A DNA stretch of 64,000 nucleotides from Nemertoderma westbladi (Eukaryota > Animalia > Xenacoelomorpha). Positions 47,855-60,306 of this stretch are shown in pieces. A program made the position numbers and the translations under genes. Location: positions 1 through 64,000 of the forward strand of contig JAUCBJ010000969.1 in NCBI GenBank assembly GCA_032718475.1, written 5' to 3'. The notes beneath the pieces are model-generated. The model was not told where the DNA came from and made no database searches. It was given only the letters and a program-made list of their open reading frames with translations. Positions within the stretch are counted from its first letter, which is position 1; each line of letters begins with the position of its first letter.

Positions 47855-50692
47855 ATGTACACAAATGCTGACAACCTCCTGAATAAACTAACAGAGCTGC
47901 TTACCTATGTATCTATCCACAATCCCCATGTTGTCGCTGTGACCGAGGTGTTACCAAAGTTTCATAAATTGGATATAACAGAGAGTAACTACACATTGTC
48001 TGGTTATAATATGTACTCGAACCTTGATAAGCCAGGTTGTAGTAGGGGCATTATAATCTACTGTAAAGATGGGTTAACCACAGCCGATTACAACATTCCC
48101 ACCATTCCCAATACTCATGTATCATGTCTTCCAGAGTCAGTATGGATTACAGTATTTGGCTCTAAGAAGAATAACTTTGTTAATTTGGGATGTTTATATC
48201 GGAGTCCTACCAACCCTGAAGTAAACACGAAAGGTGTGTGCAACTTACTCGATGCTGTCTGTTCAGCAAACAGGAAAGAAGAGTTACTTATTGTAGGAGA
48301 TTTTAATATGCCAGACACGAGTTGGCAAACCCTTTCATCCAGTGACAAATATGAAACTGAAATTATCCTATCAATAAATGATAACTTTCTCTACCAACTC
48401 ATAGATAAGCCAACCCGCTTTCGTGCCGACCAAAAACCGAATATATTAGACCTGATTCTAACAAATGAGGAACATATTGTTGATTATCCTACTTATAGAC
48501 CTGCTCTAGGTGCCAGCGACCATGTAGTGTTTGACTTTCATGTTGCTCTCCAAACACCAAAGTCAGTTACAACACTTAATCGTCCCATCTTTTCAAAAGC
48601 AAATTATTCAGCAATTGCTGCAGAATTTAATATCAATAACTGGTCTGCCCTCTTCACTCCTCTCTCTGCACAATCATCATGGTCACTATTCCATTCCTGC
48701 CTATTGCACTCATGCAAACACCATATTCCCACCAAACCCATTTCTTCCTCTCTGCCACCCAAGTGGATGAACATTGACGTTCGTAATTCTATTCGGAACA
48801 AGGAACACTGTTGGATTGCGTACCGCAGAGATCCGTCGCCTAATACAATGGAAAGATATAAACTTGCTAGAAATATTTGTACCCAAAATATACGGAAGGC
48901 AAAGTGTCAATTTGAACGTAAAATCGCCTTGAATGCCTCAACAAATCCAACTGAATTCTGGAAGTTTGTTCGGTCAAAAACCAAAGTTCGTTCAACCATA
49001 CACAACCTCAAACGTCCAGATGGTACATTCGCCACTACAAATATTGAGAAAGCAACTCTGTTAAATGAGTATTTTCATAGTGCTTTTACAGTTGAAGACC
49101 TGAGTAACATTTCTAGCCTTCCTCCTACTCAACCAAACACTATCGAACTCTCCTCAATTTCATTCACCACAGAATCAGTCACAAAAGCCATACAGGAAAT
49201 GAAAAGTCCCAGTGCCCCTGGCCCTGATTCCATATATCCACAGGTCATAAAGGAACTTGCTGATTCCGTCGCCCATCCACTTGCTATTCTATTCCAAAAG
49301 TCTATGGATGAAGGTATAGTTCCAGCAGAATGGAAATTGGCAAATATATCTCCGCAGTTCAAGAATGGAAAGAAATATGATAAAGAAAACTACCGGCAGA
49401 TTAGCTTAACCTCAGTTGTGTGTAAGCTTATGGAGCGCAACATAGCATCTGTCACATACGAATTTTTAAAGGAAAACAGACGTCTTTCTGACCAACAGTA
49501 TGGGTTTCTTAAAGGACGCTCATGTACACTGCAACTACTGGATGCCATATTTAACTGGTATAAGGTCCTTGATGACCGACAATGTATTGACGTTGCCTTT
49601 TTAGACTTTCGTAAAGCGTTTGATTCTGTCCCACATCAACGTCTACTCCTCAAATTGAAGTCATTGGGGATAGCTGGCAACCTTTTGAAGTGGATTAGTT
49701 CGTTTTTATCTGGTAGATACCAACGAGTTGTAATTGGTGGTGAACATTCAACATGGCTATCAGTTGATAGTGGGGTTCCCCAAGGAAGTGTCGATGGGGT
49801 ACTATTTTTCTTGGGATTTGTAGATGACATTCCTGCACTCCTAGGGCATTTGGCATACTTGTTTGCTGATGACTTAAAAGACTCTGCTGTAGTGGATCCC
49901 TCTATTAAACTCTCCGTGGGACCCCTGCAAAGTGATCTAGATATTTTGGATTGGTGGAGCAAGACCTGGCAATTATTATTTAATCATAAGAAATGCAAGG
50001 TAATGCATATTGGTCGCTCTAACCCCAGGTACACTTACACCCTCGGGTCACACACACTGGAGACAACCGAAACAGAGAAAGACTTGGGTGTGAACTTAGA
50101 TGATTCTCTCCAGTTCTCATTGCACATAGCCACTATCGTGAAGAAGGCAAATAAGGTTCTGGGGCTAGTATATAGAAGCTTTAATCACCTCAATGAAGAC
50201 ATGTTCATTAGTCTCTATAAGTCACTTGTCCGTCCTTGTGTGGAATACGCATCTCCAGTTTGGTCACCCAGCCATGTAGGAGAAAGCCGCCTACTTGAGT
50301 CTGTCCAACGTCGGGCTACCCGTTTGGTAGCGGGCCTTCGTGACCTTCCATATCCGGAGCGACTGTGTCGCTTGGGACTACCTACTCTGGAATACCGACG
50401 TTCTCGCGCGGACCTTATTCAATTATATCGCATGCTAACGGGTGTTGATGCTGTCGATTGGCAGAGTTTCTTCTCCTTATCGTCAACTGTCTGTCGCGGT
50501 AACTCTTTAAAACTCACCAAACCGACCGTCCGTCTGAAAATCCGGGCCGATTCGTTCCACTTCCGAGGCATATCTCCCTGGAATGCTCTTCCTGATGTGG
50601 TTGTTACTTCCCCAAGTGTGAATATATTCAAATCGAACTTAAATGACCATTACAACTCTGCTACTAAGTTCTACCCATCCTGGTGGAATTAA
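47855..50692 (+). CDS. CR1-type LINE ORF2 (APE endonuclease + reverse transcriptase), intact, 945 aa
   Basis: Endonuclease YTNAD, VAVTE, LYRSP, VGDFN, LDLILTN, SDH; RT APGPDSI, YRQISLTS, QYGF, DFRKAFDSVPH, GVPQGS, LFADD, EKDLGV; short (TAATC)n tail at ~50690-50705. Confidence 0.96.
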   Translation: MYTNADNLLNKLTELLTYVSIHNPHVVAVTEVLPKFHKLDITESNYTLSGYNMYSNLDKPGCSRGIIIYCKDGLTTADYNIPTIPNTHVSCLPESVWITVFGSKKNNFVNLGCLYRSPTNPEVNTKGVCNLLDAVCSANRKEELLIVGDFNMPDTSWQTLSSSDKYETEIILSINDNFLYQLIDKPTRFRADQKPNILDLILTNEEHIVDYPTYRPALGASDHVVFDFHVALQTPKSVTTLNRPIFSKANYSAIAAEFNINNWSALFTPLSAQSSWSLFHSCLLHSCKHHIPTKPISSSLPPKWMNIDVRNSIRNKEHCWIAYRRDPSPNTMERYKLARNICTQNIRKAKCQFERKIALNASTNPTEFWKFVRSKTKVRSTIHNLKRPDGTFATTNIEKATLLNEYFHSAFTVEDLSNISSLPPTQPNTIELSSISFTTESVTKAIQEMKSPSAPGPDSIYPQVIKELADSVAHPLAILFQKSMDEGIVPAEWKLANISPQFKNGKKYDKENYRQISLTSVVCKLMERNIASVTYEFLKENRRLSDQQYGFLKGRSCTLQLLDAIFNWYKVLDDRQCIDVAFLDFRKAFDSVPHQRLLLKLKSLGIAGNLLKWISSFLSGRYQRVVIGGEHSTWLSVDSGVPQGSVDGVLFFLGFVDDIPALLGHLAYLFADDLKDSAVVDPSIKLSVGPLQSDLDILDWWSKTWQLLFNHKKCKVMHIGRSNPRYTYTLGSHTLETTETEKDLGVNLDDSLQFSLHIATIVKKANKVLGLVYRSFNHLNEDMFISLYKSLVRPCVEYASPVWSPSHVGESRLLESVQRRATRLVAGLRDLPYPERLCRLGLPTLEYRRSRADLIQLYRMLTGVDAVDWQSFFSLSSTVCRGNSLKLTKPTVRLKIRADSFHFRGISPWNALPDVVVTSPSVNIFKSNLNDHYNSATKFYPSWWN

Positions 50693-51525
50693 TCTAATCT
50701 AATCCACTTGTTCACATAATCTATCTAACTCATAATTACTGTAAATCTTATTTTGCCGTATATTTTATTAATCTTATTTTAACTTCAGTTTTTTTTTACC
50801 GCTTTTTATTTTTATTGAATTTCTACCGTTTTACTTTACTATTTATTTTATTTAATTTTCCCATTGGTTAAAAATTGTATATCGTATTTCCCCAGTTGCC
50901 CTATTTTTACTCACATGCTATGCAATCTGTTATGCATTAATCTTTTATCTTCATGTATTTGTATCGTTTTACTATTGTACTGTATCTGTTTTATTTAATT
51001 ATCCATTCTCAGTTGTTTTTCTTACCTTTTTTTTAATGAATTTGTACTGTTTTACTTTACTTTTGTAGGCCTACCTAATTTATTTTATTTTCCAGTAGTT
51101 ATACAATGTATGTATATCGATCGTATTGTTATGCTGTCACACATTCCGGAATCACAGCTCCCAGTTGTTATATTTTACTCACATGTTGTGTAATCCCACT
51201 TTAATTATCTGTCACTGCGTTGTAGATTATAGCCAATAATCATATTCTGTTTACACCGTATAGATTACTTTTATGCCATTAATTTTTATTTATTTTATCT
51301 AGATAGTCCACGTGATATATAAACTTTTATTTACTTTGCGCCATTCAACTGCCATTTTATTGTATTATGGAGACATGCCGTAAATGCTAAATGTATGTTG
51401 CATTCTACCTTATTGTGTGGTTTAAAAGTTTTGAGTAATTTTTATATTTTTAAAGTTTAATTTCCGCGTACATATCGTGATTTATGGGACCCTATAAGTT
51501 CTCAACTTTCTTGTTCCTGTAACTT

Positions 51526-51609
<84 letters not shown>

Positions 51610-51610
51610 T
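51526..51610. repeat. (AAT)n microsatellite
   Basis: Directly visible. Confidence 0.98.
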
Positions 51611-53678
51611 AAACACAAAAAATATAGAAAACAATTCATGAAAGTAACAGACAATTGAAAAACTAATACCAGAAATAGATTCTCCATAATTTTTACCCCA
51701 GAAATATGTATGGTTTATCATTCAAACTCGTTACCAGTAACAAAAACAACATCAGAACATGGCCTTCGCTAGCGAAGTCTGGATTTCAGATTTACCGTGT
51801 GCCAGTCGTTGCTTCATTAGTCCTTGGTGGGGACCGATGTTCCAACCGTCTGGCTGTCTGGTATCTAATTGTCATTCTACAGCTGCTTTCCGGTATCTAG
51901 GCCTTTCTGCCTATTCTGCTATTGCTTGACGCTTGATGGCATGACTGCCTTTTTTCATACTGCTGTCGGTGCGGCTGTAGGCTACCTGGCTACCGGTACT
52001 GGTTGACTGCTGGACTGGCATACGCCTGCCTGTACGCATACTGCTGTACTGGCATAGCCCAGGCCAGCAGGCTGCCAGCGTGCCAGGTTGGAATTCATAC
52101 TGCAAAACTCGAACGCCTGGCAATGCCTGGGGACGCGTACGCCATACCTGCGCGAATGACCGCGAATGGAGCCATGATGTTCTATCTCTATGCAGCTATG
52201 ACTGCATGATCTATTCATATAGTCATATGATCATATAGGTACCGGTACACTTGGAGTTGTACTAAAGTTCAATATTGGACTTTGGAGTCCAAAATTGGAC
52301 TTGAAGTCTAAAATTGAACTTGAAGTCCAATTTTTGTCTTCTTACCAACTGTGACCGTCCCTTAAATCCTTAAAACACTTATCTGAGGCTTATATATATT
52401 TTTTTTCTTGTATTCTTGTAGGCCTATTTGTTTTACGGTTTATAGCAATTGATAAAAACCAAGGAGAACTCATAGAGCACACCTATATAAAATGTAAAGA
52501 ACATACAAATAAAGATAAATTAAAACATAACAAACATTAAAGGATTCGATGATTTAAAAACAGGTTTACAAAAAAGCTTATTTTATGAAACACTTTTTAA
52601 AATTTTTTTCATTAGCATTTTTCATACCGACTGTCTGACCACATGGTTTCTCTCAATTAGTACCGGTAAAGGGGTCGTTTAGGCCTATTGTTTTGGTTAG
52701 AAAAGCCCGCCTCTGTAACCTGCTCCTTTCCCTCAATTGGCAGATTGGTAAATTGGCTGTTTATTGTTTTGGGCTGTTGGGGTTTGGTAAAGTGATCGTT
52801 TATTGTTTTGGTTAGAAAAGCCCGCCTCTGCATCCTGCTACTTTCCCACAATTGGTAAAGGGGCCGTTTATTGTTTTGGTTAGATAAGCCTGCCTATGTA
52901 ACCTGCTCCTTTCCCTCAAACTGTCAAAAAAATGGTGAAATTAATTTGCATGCTTTGTATTGTTAAATACTCGTACCGGTATTTCTATTACTATAATCAG
53001 CTCAGATTATGCTGTTATGTTTTATGTATAATAAAAATATTGATTGAGAAAACCATTTTTATCTAAAATCTTTACAATTTTTGGGAAAATTTTTCCCGTC
53101 TTTTTTCCCGCTATTTCCCAGAGGAGACCAGGAAATTTGAGAAAAATATCAGAGTCTTTTCATACATGGCGCAGTAGCGGAGCGGTACGATGCAGTAGGT
53201 CTACTGGTAGGTAATGAATATTCGAAAAAAATTTTGAATAGGCTAAAGATTGTGAAAAAAATTTCCCGTATTTTTTCCTGGTGTTTTCCCGGGGAAACTG
53301 GGAAATTTGAGAAAAATATCACAGTCTTTTCATATATAGACAATGTAGAAATGAATATGAGAAAATTTTCTAAGTGTTTTCCCACCAGACGTAAGTGTTT
53401 GAGACACATGCGTTTTGTAGCGTTTCAGTACCCCCCAAGCCCAAACCGGAAATTCCCCATTCGGTTGAGACAGGTGTGCGTTGCGCCTCAACACGCGGCT
53501 CCGGTGCGCAGTGTGCACCGCAAATTAATTGAAATCACGAAAATACACAAAAAACACGAAGAACACAATTTTTACCTGTAGGCAATGTGCGTGCACCACT
53601 ATCTGACTATCTGTAATGTTAACACAAAATACACCAGTACACTGGACTGCCCTGCCTGAGTGCCTGTACCGGGATATA

Positions 53679-56035
53679 CAGGGTGTTCGCCAGAATATGT
53701 TACGGTTTCATTATTTAATAACTCTCCTGCACTTTGACGAAAATTGTTCATTTTGGTTCCAATTGAAAACCAGAATATAAACTTAGACTTTGGTATAAAA
53801 CATGATGTGGTTCTCGAGTGCCATCATTGCCATAGCAACGCTTAAAAACAAATCCAGTATTGTGATAAGATTATCAATGTGATAATAATACTATAATATG
53901 ATATTGATGCAATGTTAATTAATTTCATCTTTAAATGCTTTAACAGTTAGTTACTGTTAGAAAAACATCAACAATCAATTCAAACATTAGTTTGAATTAG
54001 TTACTGTTACTAGGTAACAAGTTATATTCCAGACTGGCTTATTTTACTAACAAGTAGTAATAGTAAGGTTGTGGTTGTTTTTGTGGTTACTTTATTGTTT
54101 AGTTATTTTCGTGGTTTTTTGTTGTCTACTTGTTCTTGCGTTAGAATGAATTGAATGAATGAATGAATGAATGAATGAATGAATGAATGAATGAATGAAT
54201 GAATGAATGAATGAATGAATGAATGAATGAATGAATGAATGAATGAATGAATGAATGAATGAATGAATGAATGAATGAATGAATGAATGAATGAATGAAT
54301 GAATGAATGAATGAATGAATGAATGAATGAATGAATGAATGAATGAATGAATGAATGAATGAATGAATGAATGAATGAATGAATGAATGAATGAATGAAT
54401 GAATGAATGAATGAATGAATGAATGAATGAATGAATGAATGAATGAATGAATGAATGAATGAATGAATGAATGAATGAATGAATGAATGAATGAATGAAT
54501 GAATGAATGAATGAATGAATGAATGAATGAATGAATGAATGAATGAATGAATGAATGAATGAATGAATGAAATGAAATGAAATGAAATGAAATGGAATGG
54601 AATGGAATGGAATGGAATGGAATGGAATGAATGAATGAATGAATTGAACTCTCTTTTTTATTTAAATTATAAAAACATATAAGTAACGAAATTAACAATT
54701 TAAATACACTTTTGAACCGCAATAATTATAAATAACTACGACATCAATAACTGGTCACTATCATATAAAAAACATTTTATGTATTTAATAAAATTAAAAG
54801 AAAAAGAGGGGAAGACCACCAAGGCGAATTGCACTTATTATTGGGGGCGCTGCACAGCATCACCAAAAAATTATTATAATGCAAAAACATTGTATTACGC
54901 AATGAAATAAAAAAAGTTAACTACGATATAAAATTTCAAAAAACGTTCATAAAAAGGACGAAAGTGAATACATACCAAATAGAAAATTAATAAAAATAAT
55001 CATAATAGCTAATATACAATAAATTGCACCGCGCAAAAAGCCTTCGAGTAAAATATCTCTGTACGCGTTCTATGAGGTGATGTTATACATCTGATATGGG
55101 GACCAGATAACGGTACAGTATTCGACTAAGGGTTGAACAAAGGCCTTATACGCTGTTACCAAAGCACTAACAGAGCTAGTGTAAAAAGAACGAAAAATCA
55201 TGTTAATGATCTTAAACGCTTTTTTTACACGCTCTTTACAATATAACGAAAATTTCAGGTCATCACATATCGTAATGCCCAGATCCTTAAAACTGCTAAC
55301 AGCTTCTAGTTTCGTATTGTTTAGGTAATAAGACGGCTTCAAATTTTTAACACCAATATTACGTACTTTACATTTATGTGGTGCAACTGGTAGGTGCCAG
55401 GTATCAGACCACAAGAGATGAGAGTGTGATAGAGATGTGAGTCCTGAACCACGCTTCCTCAATAGAGTCTTTTCATTGTGGAACTTTAATACCAGCCTTA
55501 CGATATCCATCCATGCGCTGACTGGACTGGACGCCGTTGGGTTTGGATACTCATGGACAAACTGTAAAGCAGTTAGCTTAGATGAACCATTCTGATAGTA
55601 AGTTTTGATTATAAACACTTTCTGATCACCTGTAAACATTGTTACACCAACCCACCATTAAAATAACAACAAAAAACCACGAAAATAACACGCAAATAGA
55701 AACCTAAACAAGACTAAAGTAACCACAAAAACAACCACAACCTTACTCTGCTTGTTAGTAAAATAAGCCAGTCTGGAATATAACTTGTTACCTAGCAACA
55801 GTAACTAATTCAAACTAATGCTTGAACCTTTTTTTAGAACCTTTTCATTTTAAAGCGTTGATATGGCAATGACAGAATCATGGCATTCGAGAACCACATC
55901 ATGTTTTATAGGCTACCAAAGTCTAAGTTTATATTCTGGCTTTCAATTGGAACCAAGATGAACAATTTTCGTCGAAGTGCAGGAGAGTTATTAAAGAATT
56001 AAACCGTAACATATTCTGGCGTGCCGTATACCCTG
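53679..56035 (-). mobile_element. Tc1/mariner-derived element with long TIRs, a transposase N-terminal remnant and a nested LINE fragment
   Basis: TA|CAGGGT...ACCCTG|TA; imperfect inverted repeats of several hundred bp (53679-~54125 versus ~55665-56035). MFTGDQKVFIIKTYY...IVRLVLKFHNEKTLLRKRGSG resembles a Tc1/mariner HTH N-terminus (DUF4817-like) and is followed in frame by a CR1 RT piece (KDLGITICDDLKF...YCTVIWSPY). Confidence 0.8.
54144..54644. repeat. (GAAT)n microsatellite with GAAAT/GGAAT variants
   Basis: Directly visible, ~500 bp. Confidence 0.98.
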
Positions 56036-56486
56036 TAGGCCTACAATTTCAGATCAATTTAATAAAAATTAAGGAAATGTCGCACATTTTAAAATTTAAA
56101 TTTTTGTAAAATTTTAAAAACTCTTGGGTTTGTGACTTGATGCGCAAAGCGGAAATGGCATTAGCTGATTAGGCTGGTGCGGCGCGATTTTCATAATGTT
56201 TACCATAATATATAGGTGAATCTGAACCTGTACTAAATCAGTATATTATATACAGATATATACAGTATACTGGTATACACTACGCAGCTAGAGCAAGGCC
56301 TATACAGATCCAATACCGGTACCTCTGTTCCTGTAGACCTATTTAAACAATAATTAATCTTTTACTAATCTTGAGCTTGACGCCATTTAATTAATCCGTA
56401 ATCTGTTTGGCCTACTGGCTGACTGGCAAGGCAACTGCTGCGGGTGCGGGTAATATCGGTAGTGATTAGTAATACTGTAATATATA

Positions 56487-57419
56487 ATGGATGAATTTGA
56501 ATATAAGGAAGAAACTTCTACTTATAAGTTCGACTATGGCAATAATGAAGAGGCGGATTCCACTGGTACGGGAACCACCGATAACGATTTCGTTAAACTC
56601 GAACCGAATCTGAACCTTTTGGATGACTCGGTGTCCTCGTCTACAGGGGTCGACCTCATCTCGGAGGCGTTCAATCCGCCCCCCGAACCGAAAGCCCGGG
56701 ATCCGCCCCCGACGGCGTCGCAGGTCGATGACCTGCTGGGTGGGTTCGATTCCGCGCCGGTGGACTTCGCCGCGGTCCCCAAACGAACCGGAGCCGTCGG
56801 GCCGCGCGGTTGGTTCGTCTTTCTGCCGGATGAATGCCGCGCCGTCGTGTTCTGGGACAACCCGAAGCTAACCGGAGCAATATTCGCGGCCACCTTGGTG
56901 GCATTCATCGCGTTGCACTGCTTCTCAATCATCAGCGTTATCAGCTACCTCTCCCTCAGTATCGTGGTGGTTGCTGGAATCGTTCGCGCTTACCTCATCG
57001 TCGCTCAGCTCGTCCAACGCAACGACGAGGTCAACCCGCTCCAATCCTTCCTCGATTACAACCTGCAGCTGCCGGAGTCCGTCCTGGAGAGTTACGGTCC
57101 GGTTCTAATAAAAGTTTACAACCGCCGAGTTAACGAGTTGCGACGCTGGATGCTAGTCGAGGATTTCGTCGATTCGATAAAGTTCGCCATCATTATGTGG
57201 GGATTAACCTACATCGGGTCCTGGTTCAACCTCCTCACTCTAGTCGGGCTGCTCACTGTCGTCACCTTCACCGTCCCGGTCGTCTACGAGAAGTACCAGC
57301 GTCAGGTAGACAATGTGTTGTCGGTTGCTAGGCAGCAGTTACTCGATGTCTGGGCCGAAGTTAAGAAGAAGATCCCGCCGCGAATGAAGCAGTTGGGTGG
57401 GAAAGCAAAGAAGAATTAA
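56487..57419 (+). CDS. RTN: Reticulon family protein, intronless (310 aa)
   Basis: Reticulon homology domain WDNPKLTGAIF...FSIISVISY...LRRWMLVEDFVDSIKFAIIMWGLTYIGSWFNLLTL...VYEKYQRQVD; lysine-rich C-terminus (KAKKN); AATAAA at ~57607. Confidence 0.94.
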   Translation: MDEFEYKEETSTYKFDYGNNEEADSTGTGTTDNDFVKLEPNLNLLDDSVSSSTGVDLISEAFNPPPEPKARDPPPTASQVDDLLGGFDSAPVDFAAVPKRTGAVGPRGWFVFLPDECRAVVFWDNPKLTGAIFAATLVAFIALHCFSIISVISYLSLSIVVVAGIVRAYLIVAQLVQRNDEVNPLQSFLDYNLQLPESVLESYGPVLIKVYNRRVNELRRWMLVEDFVDSIKFAIIMWGLTYIGSWFNLLTLVGLLTVVTFTVPVVYEKYQRQVDNVLSVARQQLLDVWAEVKKKIPPRMKQLGGKAKKN

Positions 57420-57877
57420 CATCATTAGCTCTCCCTCTCTCTCTCTCTATAGTCTATCAGGATTTGTATCTCATAAACTGCGCTGACTGACGTTAGTATT
57501 TGCCCCCCCCCCCCCCCCCCCCCCCCCCTCTGTTGTTCTTTCAACATCGATTCTACTATTATGTCCTGTTGAAGGGGGGGGGGGGGGGGGGAAATGCTAG
57601 AAACTCAATAAAACCTATGAAGAACCATTTCTATTATATATAGCCCATTTTGCTTTTTGACTTTAACCAAATCCATATTATTATTTTATTGCATTTCTTC
57701 TGATAATATTATTTACCTAGGCCTATTCAGCATTAATTTTGGTTTTTATAAAATATCTCATTTGCGATTTTATTTTCCATTTGGTTCTATTCGTGTTGAC
57801 ATTATTATACCGGATGTTTACTATAAACTGAAACGTTTCTTTTTGCCATGTCGCCTGTTTGTGTCTTTTCTCGTAGA

Positions 57878-58850
57878 CTAGCTCGTGTTACATTGTGTAT
57901 CATTGTAGCTCGTGTTACATTGTGTATCATTGTAGCTCGTGTTACATTGTGTATCATTGTAGCTCGTGTTACATTGTGTATCATTGTAGCTCGTGTTACA
58001 TTGTGTATCATTGTAGCTCGTGTTACATTGTGTATCATTGTAGCTCGTGTTACATTGTGTGTCATTGTAGCTCGTGTTACATTGTATATCATTGTAGCTC
58101 GTGTTACATTGTGTATCATTGTATCTCGTGTTACATTGTATATCATTGTAGCTCGTGTTACATTGTGTATCATTGTAGCTCGTGTTACATTGTGTATCAT
58201 TGTAGCTCGTGTTACATTGTGTATCATTGTAGCTCGTGTTACATTGTGTATCATTGTAGCTCGTGTTACATTGTGTATCATTGTAGCTCGTGTTACATTG
58301 TGTATCATTGTAGCTCGTGTTACATTGTGTATCATTGTAGCTCGTGTTACATTGTGTATCATTGTAGCTCGTGTTACATTGTGTATCATTGTAGCTCGTG
58401 TTACATTGTGTATCATTGTAGCTCGTGTTACATTGTGTATCATTGTAGCTCGTGTTACATTGTGTATCATTGTAGCTCGTGTTACATTGTGTATCATTGT
58501 AGCTCGTGTTACATTGTGTATCATTGTAGCTCGTGTTACATTGTGTATCATTGTAGCTCGTGTTACATTGTGTATCATTGTAGCTCGTGTTACATTGTGT
58601 ATCATTGTAGCTCGTGTTACATTGTGTATCATTGTAGCTCGTGTTACATTGTGTATCATTGTAGCTCGTGTTACATTGTGTATCATTGTAGCTCGTGTTA
58701 CATTGTGTATCATTGTAGCTCGTGTTACATTGTGTATCATTGTAGCTCGTGTTACATTGTGTATCATTGTAGCTCGTGTTACATTGTGTATCATTGTAGC
58801 TCGTGTTACATTGTGTATCATTGTAGCTCGTGTTACATTGTGTATCATTG
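57878..58850. repeat. 27-bp tandem minisatellite (TAGCTCGTGTTACATTGTGTATCATTG), about 36 copies
   Basis: Near-perfect array, directly visible. Confidence 0.98.
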
Positions 58851-60306
58851 TTGCTTTAGTTGTGCAGCGTATCAGTTTGTGTTCCCTAGAATAGTTATTC
58901 TGCTAGAAGTCATTTCTTTCATAAATATATCCGTTTATTTATTTAATATTTTATACGATCTGTTTCTTATGTTCACATTGCATTGGTTAAACCGTTGCCA
59001 TGACACTTCGCAAAAATAGTTAGTATCGACTCCCGAACCGAAAATTAACCTATTAATCAATAATTCAGTGAATTAATAGACTTTTTATTTTTTTTAATCG
59101 ATTTTTCTCTCGTAAAAGTGAAAATAAACTTATATACAGATGTCATCACGTTATTGATAAGCTCATCAAGCTTTCTAAATAATATCTAACAATCATGATA
59201 AAAGGCAATTATTAGACAAAACGGCGTTGGATATTAGGTATTGCAATGACAAGGAAAATACTAGTAACATTTTGAATATACTCTTCATCTTTAAACTAAA
59301 CTGTATACTAATTAATTGTTACATAATAATTCTTGCAAAACATATCTTTAGGCTTTACTACGTATCGTAAGTTAGCTTACAGCTTACAGCTAGTTATATG
59401 TGAATTAGCTTATATAATTATAATTTGCAATTATTTATAATTATATAATTTAGGATATATTATACCGTAAATATATGTTTTATCGCAAATTAAACTAATA
59501 TTAGGGGGCCTGGCCATCTATGTACTTAAAGTTCAACTTGTTACTTGCGAAGGCGAACCTGGTCGTATATTTTATGAAGTTATTTCTTTATGCTATTAAT
59601 TATACAGAATACACGCAATGTGTTTGCGTATCAATTGGTATCACATCCAATAGCCTAATTTACAATATACCGCCGGTGCATATTATAATATATTATATTG
59701 TCTCTTTAACTTTAATTGTTCACAAATATTTCGCCCTCCTTTTCCTAAGGGGATATATATAAAATTTTCATAACTCACTGTTTCCAACTGAGCAGTGCAG
59801 TCTATAGCTCCAGTATATACTGCAGCACTGCACTACAATTAATGTGTATTGTAACAGTATGTGGTGCAGCATTGTAATATAAGTGGGAGAGTGAGAGGTA
59901 TATATTAACTGTTTTTTTCACTTTTTCTCTGTCATATATTCATATAATATGTTTAATTTATAGGCCTACGATTTATGATTTCACATATGATGCAGATTGT
60001 ATTGTACACAATAATGTATATTACCATTGTATGGGTGGGTGTACACAATGCTGCAATATATCGTCGTGTGAATAAATATATTCCGTTTTAGTTTCTACGA
60101 ATAACGACATCTCACCTCCAGTATGTATCTTAAGTTATATGTTATTCAATGACTTGATTCGTAATATGATTAATATTTAAGATTATTTTATCGGTGCCAA
60201 CCCAATTAGTTTCTAATCAGGTATCTTATGCGTCATGCAAAAATGTTTGGTTCACATTTAGGTCATCATCATAGACAACACTACAAGATTGTACGGTTTA
60301 GGCCAT

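Noticed and set aside
54141-54722. 193-aa FIHS-repeat ORF
   Set aside because: Translation of a (GAAT)n microsatellite.
55070-55639. 189-aa transposase-RT fusion as a new gene
   Set aside because: Chance in-frame junction of a truncated Tc1/mariner N-terminus and a nested CR1 fragment; neither catalytic domain is present.
57805-59019. Three long ORFs (347-374 aa) over the 27-bp array, and a possible CRISPR-like look
   Set aside because: A 27-bp unit without stops gives open frames automatically; there are no unique spacers and no cas genes.
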